Assembly: GCA_043228905.1 (NCBI GenBank)
Contig: JBHGNT010000009.1
Location: 806,001 to 870,000 of the forward strand
DNA from: Azolla caroliniana
Lineage: Eukaryota; Plantae; Polypodiophyta
Direction: 5' to 3'
Length of the DNA stretch: 64,000 nucleotides
The notes under the pieces are model-generated. The model was not told the DNA's origin, did not search any database, and saw nothing but the letters and a program-made list of their open reading frames with translations. Shown here piece by piece: positions 39,608-50,833 of this stretch (positions within the stretch are counted from its first letter, which is position 1; the number at the start of each line of letters is the position of its first letter). The position numbers and the translations under genes were made by a program.

Positions 39608-41946
39608 CTAGATTGTATTATTAGAGGCAGCAACATTACCCTGGAGCCAGCCATTCCTGATTTGCTCAGCTATATCCCCAACAGCTCCAGGTCCATGAGG
39701 GATGAAGATAGCGTTAGATTTTGATTGACTGCCTATATCTCTCATGGTATCGAAATATTGTGTTAGCATGACCATATCCATCACATCTTTTGGAGAAGTT
39801 CCAGGAACACCATGAGCAAAGCCCAGCACACTTTCCCTCAATCCATCAACTATGGCTTGTCTCTGGCGAGCAATACCTTGTCCCGACAGGAATTTCGACT
39901 CGGCATCCGCCTCTGCTCTCTTCACTTGAAGTATCTTTTCGGCCTCAGCTTTCTCTTGCGCCGCAACTCTTAGCCGGGAGGCTGTGCAATGAAGGAAGAT
40001 TTTGTTTTATGCCTGTTGTTTGTTCGGTAAGGATCTCTAACCAATACTAATTTATCATTAACACTGTCTTATAAGCAATTAAAGAAGTAACTAGAGGAAA
40101 GAGGCCAGGGTGTATGAATCTCTACAAATGGAATATTTCACGGGAATCCATTTATGTATTGGACTATGAGTACACATAATCCATTGGCTCAAAAGCATAA
40201 AGATGTAAGTCACCGCCTTATATTTGAATGACGTTTACATATTTTATTGATTCAAAATGCTAAATCAAGCAAGCCAGCATCTTACATTTAAATGACATTT
40301 ACATGGTCCATTTAACTCAGCAGGCTAAAGATTGCAAGCCAACTTCTTCTATTTAAATGACATTTACATACTACTATTTGAATGACATTTAAATACATTT
40401 AGATAAAAATGCAAGTTGACATATTTATCTATTTGAACGCCATTTCTCAATCAAAACTCATTAGGCATACCTGCATTGATTTCATTCATCGCTTTCTTCA
40501 CTGTCGAATCAGGTATGATATCCACAATCAACGTTTGGACTATTTCATAACCATAAGTAATCATTGCCTGAAATTTATGCAAGTACATCAAGAATTTTAA
40601 TAGCATTTAATAGTACTTCAAAGATCCAAATTATTTATCGATCAAAGGGATGGACAAAGATCATAAACTGTTGATAAGAAAAATTGAAGAATTCACCTTT
40701 TCCAGCTCATTCTCCACAGCTTTCGCAATGTCAAACTTCTGTTCAAAGACATCGTCAAGGTTCAACCGTGGGACGGTGGCTCTAACCACTGCAAATAAAT
40801 GATAAAGAAAATGATGATTCATGTCAATCAAGCAGATTGGAAAAGATTATATCTGCTTTAGATGGAAAATTTTTAAAAAAAAAGTCCTCAATTAATTAGC
40901 AAAAATTAATAAAGAAAAGCTTCTTTACACCCTCCTATGTAAACCCTTTTCGTTAATCATACTTTTCTTACCCAGGGTAAGAAATGTATCTTTTACATAT
41001 GTACCCACACTTTTATTACTACCAAGAAACAAGAAGGGCATATTTTCAAATTTCCAAAGATAAAATCATACCATCAAAGACATAAGCTTGGATCTGTGCT
41101 TGTGGCCTTGAAAGTTTATAGAAAGCATCCTTGGCATGTTCATTCACAACTCGGTACTGGACAGATGCGACCACATTCACAAACACATTATCCTGAATAC
41201 AAAAAAAGAAGACAAATGAAAAAAGTCTCATGAAAACATATTGGATTCCAGTTGCGCAACGTTACAAGTCCATGACAGAATGAACATTACAGCATTATTC
41301 TCGTGTATATAAAAAGTAATATGAAGATGAGTGCTCATGAGAAATTATAATGGTTCAAGTTACATAATGTGAGGTTGTAAGACCATATTTGAAATTGTCG
41401 ACAAACAATTAGAATAAGTAATATTTGCATGAAAACAACTTATTGGATATTATCTATAAGGCATAACTGAATCTGATGGAGAATTCGGACTTATATTATA
41501 TATAAAGAGTATATTAACATAGATGCCCCATCAAAAAAATCATTGGAAGATGTTATAAGGCTGCATTGAACCTAGAGGAGTATTCCATGTTACCATGAAG
41601 CCTGACGAGAGATAATTCAGATTCAGACATATGATGTTATGAGGTGCATCTTCTGAACTTGCAGTAAAAATCTCAAACACACACACAGATACAGTATATA
41701 TATACATAGAGTATTTTATAAACAAACTGAGATTTGATGATGGTATGAGTACAGCACCTTGGTTTTGGTTTCACACTGCACGTCCATTTGTTGAACTCGA
41801 ATGGTCAAGTATCCGGAAATACTGCTCCCAAAGCCCCAGTTCACACAGTGACATCCTGGTTCAAGAATCCCATCGAATCTACCCCATTGTTCTTTAACAG
41901 CTAAGGTTGATTGATTCACTTGCAAGCAACAGCATACCAGCCCCAT
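39608..41946 (-). CDS. HIR: Hypersensitive-induced reaction protein (SPFH/band-7), paralogue A (290 aa)
   Basis: Exons 41946-41758, 41192-41072, 40788-40697, 40567-40471, 39981-39608 (873 nt). N-terminal MGLVCCC; [20 protein letters not shown]; [12 protein letters not shown]; [17 protein letters not shown]; TQYFDTM; FIPHGPG. Confidence 0.95.
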
Positions 41947-42571
41947 CTCAACCTTCCAAAAAGCTCTTAATGATATACCTATTCACATTATTATCATGAT
42001 CAGATCTAATCAACGAATGGAAGTCTCCAAACAATCTTGATATACTCAATGATGACAAGACAAAATCATTCCGAGCATGTTTTGAAAATCCAATTGATTC
42101 AATACATCATGTGCTATTCAATTGTTATCATATGATTCGAACCACCAAAAGAGAAATTTTACGTCTTACGCTGTTTCCCTATTATGATTAGTGCAGTTTC
42201 TAAATATAGAATTGAATAGAAAAGGAAAAAGAGAGAAATTCACCTGTTAAAATTTTCTTGTAATTATATTATCAGCATGGTGTTTTCCTAACTTAACGTT
42301 GAGGGGGAAATGTAAATTTTCTTGATCTTTCCGTTCCTGAACAAGGAATGGGTCGAGATTAAGACAGGAATACAATTGGGAAACTACGGAAAATTTCTTC
42401 AATTTGACCTAAACATGTCTTGGAATTAAGGCTAAGGAAAAAATACGTGGGGAAACAAGCCATTACTCTTATCTCTTCGCTCTATTCCGTTTCTGTACTT
42501 AGAAACAGTGTGAACAAGGTGATGCAACTATGAAGGGAAAAGAAACTGCAAACCTCTGTCTGCCTATATGC

Positions 42572-42573
<2 letters not shown>

Positions 42574-42605
<32 letters not shown>

Positions 42606-42741
42606 ATCTTCAGCAATCTGATTTCCCTAATCAGATTGCTGAAGATGTATTGATGGATACCTCTCGTGTTACGGATGGAAACCCAGGTCCCAGACTAAGA
42701 ATCAGATACCTTTCGTTTCCAATTTCCAAACATACATACGC

Positions 42742-42772
<31 letters not shown>

Positions 42773-43190
42773 TGTATGTATGTTAATAATGTATGTATGT
42801 ATGTATGTGTGTGTGTGTGTGTGTGTATGTGTGTGTGTGTATGTGTGTGTGTATGTATGTATGTGTATATGTATGTATGTATGTATGTATGTCTGTGTGT
42901 GCATGTATGTATGTGAGTGTGTATGTATGTATGTATGTATGTATGTATGTGTGTGTGTGTGTGTGTATGTGTGTGTGTGTAAGTGTGTACCTGTGTATGT
43001 GTTTATGTGTGTGTGTAAGTGTATACATGTGTATGTGTGTATGTATATATGTATGTGTGTGTATGTGTGTATGTATGTATGTATGTATGTATATAAAAGG
43101 ATGGATGGATGGATTAATAGATGTATGTATATCATATATGTATGTATGGATGTATGTATATCATATATGTATGGATGTATGTATGTAAAG
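42574..43190. repeat. (GT)n tract and a ~450-bp compound (GTAT)/(GT) microsatellite upstream of HIR-A
   Basis: Read directly at 42574-42602 and 42743-43187. Confidence 0.95.
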
Positions 43191-44891
43191 CAATAAACGG
43201 GGAGAGCTAAAAAAGCAAAAAAGCTCCACTATTAGTTATTATTAGTAAGTAGTAATAATATGAGGAGGATGTATGTAATAATGTATGTACGTATGTAATG
43301 GGGAGGGGGCATTATTTGTCCATTGTTGCCATTCCACATGTGCCAGTGATGTCGTGTCTAGCTTCTCCACCAACACCACTCACTGAATTTGTACTACTCC
43401 TACCAAAAAAACACTTGTTGCAAACGAGAACTTCTGCAACCATGGGTTGATTCGGTGGCTCTAAACATGCTTTTATAAGTGATGTTGGTTGTGTTAGCTA
43501 CACCGCAAAGTTATGCACAATGATACACTTTCTGAGAGATTTTGACACACTTTCTGAGCGATTTGGGTGCTCATGTTGGGCGAGGAAAGTTATGTTGCAA
43601 CTTACATTAGGCCGACAAAAACTCCCATGGACTAAGATGTTGGCTCATGTGTTGTTATGTCCTTGATCTCCAACTTTCGAAATTTGGGAAATCGTTTATT
43701 GGGATTACGTGCTTTTAACATGTAATGATTATCAAAAGGTGCCCCTTTGGTGCCAAATTAGTCACAGATTGGAACTTCATTCTTCTACAAAATCTATCTT
43801 CGTCGGAATTGTAGGGGCCTGCATGTTGGTAACTCCATGAGAGTCTCTATTGAATTTCTCTTTTTGTTACTCCATTCACCTAGGTGGAGAGCCACATAGG
43901 GAATTCTTCATAACCGAACGAGGCTTTAAATTTATGTATGATGTGGTCAATGTGGATGGCCATGTGTTAAGCCTTCAAGAACCAACAATAAGTCACGATT
44001 TGGATCCTCCTCGCAAACATATTTAGTCAAAAGTAATTGTTATACAACCATTTACTAGAAACATTGACTAGGCTTCGTGATTGGTAATGAAAGAGAGGTG
44101 TCATTTGTGTCTAGGTGAAAATGTGGCAAAAAATATAGCTGACATCAAAGTGTGGTATGTATTAAACTCACGAACTTGTTCAAGGAAAAATATTTAGAGC
44201 CAATGAGACTTCTCACCTATGCTTCAATGTCCCATCTCGTATCAAACAAAATGTGAGCCAAATCATATGGAAGCAATTGTGTGGACGGTGAACAAAAGGA
44301 TGGGGTATTGCACGTCTCGATGAATGTGTGTTTCCACATTCACAAAAGAAAATGGTTGAGTAGTTTGTTACAACACATATAGCATATTGTGTCAAATGTG
44401 AGGCTTCACATCTTTTCCATGATACATTGGCATTGCAAAAACACCTCATTCATGAAGGAATCTATTTGCATGCATTCCATCTCCTAAACCATTTCATACA
44501 TTTGAACTTAAATATTTGATTATGTGTATCTTTTGAGTTGTGAGGAACTCTTTTCAACTTAAGCATCTACTCAACAACCCTTTCCATAGCCATGACCTCA
44601 ACGGGGAATGTCTGGTCTCAAGGAGGACATGCATGGCATTTTGTTGATTTACTTGAATAAACTACAAAAGAATGTGCTTTTTGACATTTCAAACTTTTTA
44701 CAAGTGGACTTAGAGAGAGAGACTTAAAACAACCATTAAATTTTGTCCATGCAACATAAAGCAAAGAAAATCAACAAATGTCTTAGTTTCATTTCCCCCC
44801 CTTTTGTTGCTCGTTGAACATTTTCAATTGCAATGGTGGAACAATTCTCGCCATAGAGAGCATGTCCCAAAGGCCACAATCATTTTCAAGT

Positions 44892-45012
44892 TATTTGTAA
44901 TATATTTTGACGATCGGATATGAGTAGCTCTACTATGGGTAATACTAATGATATTTGTAATATATTTTGACGATCGGATATGAGTAGCTCTACTATGGAT
45001 AATACTAATGAT
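44892..45012. repeat. Two-copy 60-bp tandem duplication
   Basis: tatttgtaatatattttgacgatcggatatgagtagctctactatgg.taatactaatga at 44892 and 44952. Confidence 0.9.
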
Positions 45013-45529
45013 AATATAGCTTAATTAAAAGAGTAAAGGAAATAATAGATTAAGAGTGTTAACCCACGTGGGCGAATACAAAACCCCATCATCGTCACAT
45101 CATATGCCATCTAATATGACCTTGTGTTATAGATTGAAAATCCAATCAACCACAAATCCAAAATAAAAGTGCGGTGCCTCACTAGCAATGTTCCTACAAC
45201 CTCAACATCTGTCAAGATGTTTGGGTTTAAGGGGATAGTTAGACCCTGTTATATATAAGAACTAAATTGCTTAGTCTCCCAAACCACCATGTAGTCGGTC
45301 CTCCATGTCCCACTTATCCTACCCTTAAATCCTGTAAATTTGGTCTTTTAAGGATATATATATGCGTGTAACGAGTTCCTCATACTTTACAAGTTCCACT
45401 AGCAATCGACAATGGTTGGTTTGAACTGAAGCGGATTGAACCGAACCCTTGCCGATTGTTAAGTTCCACTTATCTTACCCTTAAATTCATAAAAAAAATT
45501 GCCTTTACCATTGGTCTTTTAAAGATAAA

Positions 45530-45551
45530 GATATATATATATATATATACA

Positions 45552-45592
<41 letters not shown>
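45530..45592. repeat. (TA)n/(TG)n microsatellite
   Basis: Read directly. Confidence 0.9.
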
Positions 45593-45595
<3 letters not shown>

Positions 45596-46573
45596 GTGTG
45601 CAACATGAAAAATGTGTGAGGCCACAACCAGCTATTCATACAACATTTGAGAATCAGATGCTATTAGCCCCTTTCGATTACTAATTTCAAGCAGCGATTC
45701 TTGGAACTTTTGATGTTTGGATGCAATTAGCTGTCGCTTTATGCTTATTTATTTATTTATTTTCATAGACCACATGACAGTTCGATGGGATTTATAAAAC
45801 TCCTTTCTGAATTGAACACGTTCAAAGTTGAAAATCAATTTATAAATACACTATCTTTTCCTCTACTTTGCTTCCAAATGCTAAAAAGGGCTAGCAAATG
45901 GACAGCACCGGACAGCCTAGACTGTATAAGAAAACAAGTGGATACGAATTTTGTGTCTCTGAATTGATTTGTCTATGTTGACATCAAAGAGATGGTGTTT
46001 ATTTGTCTATGTTGGATCTTTCTCTCATCTGTGGAGGTCATCGAGATTGCATTTAGGTGAAAGAAAAAAAAATTAAAGGCAAGCTATATGCGGCTGGAAT
46101 GAAAAGCAAAGAGGCTTTTCTTTGGCTTTTTTGCCTTTTGATTTACCAATTCTGGACTATGGAAATGATCGTGTAAATTTGCGGATTGAAAAGAAAAATA
46201 AAGAGGGCACAGTACCTATTTTTAGCTCATTTCGTTAAGTCTACAATTGGAAAATGGAGATACTTTTCCTTTCACAAAGCTAAGCAGCTAAATATATATA
46301 TATATATATTAATAGCTTTCTTTCATCTTTTCAAAGTTTTAGTTTAGAATCACTTGAAAAAACTGGTAACATCCTTCTTCATCATCATCTTCTTCTTCTT
46401 TATTTCTAGCACACATACATATTTTTCATTGCTTTGCTTTTACTCTTTTATATGCTAACCTTAAAAGAAAACCAAAGTGAAGCAATAAACGTTTAGCATA
46501 GGTGTGTGAGAAATGATAGAATGCCCCAGAGATTTTGTTTTTATTATTTGAAAGTGTAGATGTGTGAAGAGAG

Positions 46574-48265
46574 ATGGGTCAGGTGTTGTGTTGTGTTCAA
46601 GTAAGGGAAGCGAGCGTTGGAGTGAAAGAGAAGTGGGGGAGGTATGATGAGGTCCTTCGCCCAGGTTTCCATGTCCTGAACTGTTTCTCAGGAAGCCGAA
46701 TCGCAGGTTATCTGACATTGCGTGTACGACAGATGGACATCAGGTGTGAAACCAAAACCCGGGTAAGTTCTGTCTTCATTCGACTTCTTTTTGCTCATTA
46801 CCACTAGCTATCCTGTTGCTCTTGTATAATTCATCAGGCCAAATCACCACATTAATCTAACAATCGTGTATGTATTTTGCTAGGACAATGTGTTTGTGAA
46901 CATTGTTGCGTGCATTCTATATAGAGTGGCCAATGAGAGTGCGAAGGAGGCATTCTATCAACTTTCAAGACCCCAGGCACAAATTCAAGCTTATGTTTTT
47001 GACGGTATACATTTCTTTGCACACATTTACAATGTTTTTTGCAGTTACATGTTCCATCTTTGTCTCAAATTTGAAGTGTTCAATATCTTGGCTTGCATAT
47101 ACGTATCATCTGTAATCACAGCTATAGGAGAAACCACCAAAACACCCATAACTTCTTGCGGATTGTTCAAAATACCTCTAGATTTTAAAAAAATACGAGA
47201 ATACTCATATGTAGGTGTAGCACACTCTTAAAAACCAAGGATTATTCTAGCAACTTTCAGAAAACTAGGGACATTCTCTTGGATACCTGGTAAAGATGTT
47301 AGTAGCTTTCCCATTACTCATATGCTAGATGAAGAATTCAAATTACTGGTTGCCCTTTGACATGATTATCATTTACTCAGTGATACGATCAAGTGTTCCG
47401 AGGATGAATCTAGATGAGGTTTTCGAACAAAAGAAATCGATTGCAAAATCCGTGGAAAATGAGCTACAAAAGGTAAATTCCAAAATAGAGAATCACATGT
47501 TGACCTCTCCATTTTGGACAGGTGTTTTCGATAAAAATGTGACGGTTGGAGATCTGAAGACCCCCTTTAGCTCATTTTGTAAATGGTTTTGTAGGCTATG
47601 ACCACCTACGGCTATGAAATAGTCCAAACACTGATTGTAGATGTTATCCCACACGAGACAGTGAAAAGGGCAATGAATGAAATCAATGCAGGTTTGCTTT
47701 TTCTTTATTTTTTGAACTTTGAAAATAATTGTAGGGCAAATAATGTTTGCCATGTTACTGATGTATGCTTGCCTATTTCTAATGAACAAAAGTATGTTCA
47801 CTCAGGGTAGGGATTTTATTGATTATGCCAAAATGTTTGCATAGAAAGGCTCAAATATGCTATACTGGCTAAATTTCTCTGGGTTTTTTTTTCAAATAAG
47901 CTGCAAGGTTAAGAGAGGCAGCAAGGGAGAGAGCTGAGACTGAGAAAATTCTCCAAGTAAAGCGAGCCGAAGCCGAAGCCGAGTCAAAATTCCTTAATGG
48001 AGAAGGCATTGCACGCCAAAGACAAGCCATTGTAGATGGTCTAAGAGAGAGTGTTATTGGTTTCTCAAATAATGTTCCAAGGTCATCTCCAAAAGATGTG
48101 TTGGATATGGTATTATTAACGCAATATTTTGACACAATGAGAGAGATAGGGGCACAATCCAAGACTTCCACTGTGTTTATGCCACATGGTCCGGGGTTTG
48201 TCCAAAACATTAGTGAACAAATTCAGAATGGTATGCATCACCTTCATGGTCGCCTCAAAGTTTAA
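46574..48265 (+). CDS. HIR: Hypersensitive-induced reaction protein (SPFH/band-7), paralogue B (287 aa)
   Basis: Exons 46574-46762, 46884-47004, 47381-47472, 47595-47691, 47901-48265 (864 nt). Exons 1-4 have the same lengths as in paralogue A (189/121/92/97). Motifs [35 protein letters not shown]. Confidence 0.95.
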
Positions 48266-50833
48266 CAATCTTAAGTAGATGTTCAATGTTGTATGTTAAG
48301 TAAAATATACCAGCAAACATGTATTATGGAATTTGGTTTGTGCATATGGATTAATTATTTGGCAAACAAACGTATACTACAGTGTATAGCATACATAATT
48401 ATTTGTATTGATGTTAACAGTAAATTTATGAGTGAACATAAAAATTCTTAGTTTCTTTAATCATGATTTAAGATGATGTATACTCCAATATAATGATGTG
48501 GTATCAGGAAAGGAACTACTGAGGTTCCATTTATAAACATTCCTTTTCAGACTCAACAAGCAACACTGATATAATCTAAGCTTTTGCATCCAGCTGTTCA
48601 TGAATCAATGTGATTGTTATGACTATCATTCATTGTTGCATCTAGTATCATTCATACCGATTCCCATACAATGAAAATTTTATGCTAGAGGTACAACACT
48701 AGTCATTACTATTCGGTAGTCATAACTTGTATCTTTTCCTTCTATCAATACACTTTGTTTTTTGGGAGTACAAATATGATATTTGGAGGTGAAAAACAAA
48801 AAATATATACAGTATGGTATTTAAATATATTCCAAACACTAGCATCCACACAATTACGAAGACCCATTAAGGGGTTTAGGGTTTAATGACCCTTGCAAAC
48901 ACCTGATCAATTGGCAATGACTACAAAATAAATAGCTGCCACAAAATTTAATCACAACAATACATATGATGAGAGATTTTACAATGCTTAGTACGTGCTT
49001 ATGTACTATTCAAGATTCTACAAAATCAAGGATAGAGGAAAATTTGGTAAAACCTCAACATACATATAATCACTCCTAACATATATATAAGATATCCAAA
49101 GTAATATATAAGACCTCACGTAGAGTGAACATTCAGACTTCAATTGGCCTACTTTCTATTAGCAGATAAACAAGTATTATGAATTCCAACTCCATGCACA
49201 TCTAATTAAACTTCAATTATACAAATATTTATTTGTAGACAAATGTTGACTTACGTAGAAAAAGGCTACATCTCCAATACTTCAAGACCAACTGAAAGAA
49301 CAGCATAAATCAAAGCTATATAATAACTTTTAAAAGAAAGAATGAGAATGATATGTTCTCTGAAGCTCTAGCTGTGGATACTTTTGCATCGACCAAAGAC
49401 AATCAAATAATCCAAGTTCTACACATTGACTATAACTACAAGCAAGTGATCTTAAAAGGAAAATGATTTAATGTGGGCACTGGGTACTGTTGCAAATAAG
49501 GAGTTATACTGCAAATACAAGTGCTCTTGGCTTTTGATGTAATGTGTAATGATAAATAGCAAGCAAGAACAAGAAATAATGCTTTGGATTTCATAATCCT
49601 CTCCAAAATAATGAACTATTTTTGTGCGAAAACATACCAACTCACAGTTTGTTAAAGATGCAAGGAAGAATTGTGTTTACATGATTTTAGAGAAAATCAA
49701 CAAAATACAGTCACAATTGATAAAGTTCAAAGGTACGTTAATTAGTTTTTCATACTGACCTAAGAATACTTGTCAAAGTTGTGGCTCCTAATCATTTTTC
49801 GCTTCAAAAGTTAAACCTTCAAAAATATATATTTGAGATTATAAATATTAGATTACGAAGACTGTTAATTAGATTATTTAATTATTTATTCTTGTTTAAT
49901 CAACAAGCATGTTTCTAGTTGGATAATTATAAAGCTTTATTGTAAAAAGTAATTTGTCACTTTTGATCCTGTTAATTGCCACTAATTTTCAAGTGATTAT
50001 ACTTTTATTTATGTGCTTAAGAATGACAAAGCATGCAGATAGATTTGAAAATAATTAAGCATAACATTCTAATCCCTATTTGCATAGTTTACTTATTTTT
50101 CCATTATTTTATCATAATGGAACGGTAGGAGACCTTGAACTAGGCATAGGAATGCATTGATTAATCCGATAATCTACCTCTCCAAATTTGTAAGTGATGA
50201 TTCTTCTCTGAAAACTTTTCAGTTGAGTTTTGATTGGAGCCAAGGTTTTGTAGAACAAACCAGAAAACTCTAATCATAATAGAGTAATTCCTTCTTTATG
50301 ATGTGGACTTCCAGTCAAACAAGTTTTCTTTTCTTCTCCTTCTTTGTTTTTTTCCTGCTGCTTCAATTTTTTAGTCTTAAAAGTTCCTGAGATGACCAAA
50401 TTGTTCGGAAAAAAAAATTGTATAGACTGTTGTGACTCCTCTTAAAAAGACTACTATTTAGTCACAATTTTACTACTGTCTTTATGAAATTCTCCAACGT
50501 GGGGAACAAAGCGTTCTGTAATTTTCTGGAGCTGATAAAGAAAACAAAGTATAAATCAACTTCCAACGATAAAATCATCTAAATTAACAAATGAGAAAAA
50601 CTCTCTTTACCTGTACACGTAAATGAAGGAACTCAAATACGCACTCGCATGCTGCATCTGCTTTAACAAACTAATGTAACCTGAAATATAGCAGCATCTA
50701 TGATACAAAATGATGCCACAATCTAGCAGGCATTGTCTCCAAAATACAATCTTATCACAGTCTTCAACAACTTCAGACAAAAGAATGTTAAGTGATGAAA
50801 AACCATTCAGCATCTGCAAATTTTACTGTGCGA

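Noticed and set aside
42530-43196. Cys/Val/Met/Tyr- and His/Thr-rich ORFs
   Set aside because: These are translations of the GT/GTAT microsatellite.
43400-44880. Possible TE remnant in the HIR spacer
   Set aside because: No convincing motif beyond a short DE..FP-like match.
45415-45455. B-box-like ggttcaatcc on the minus strand suggesting a tRNA or SINE
   Set aside because: The T-arm stem does not pair, and there is no A-box or cloverleaf.
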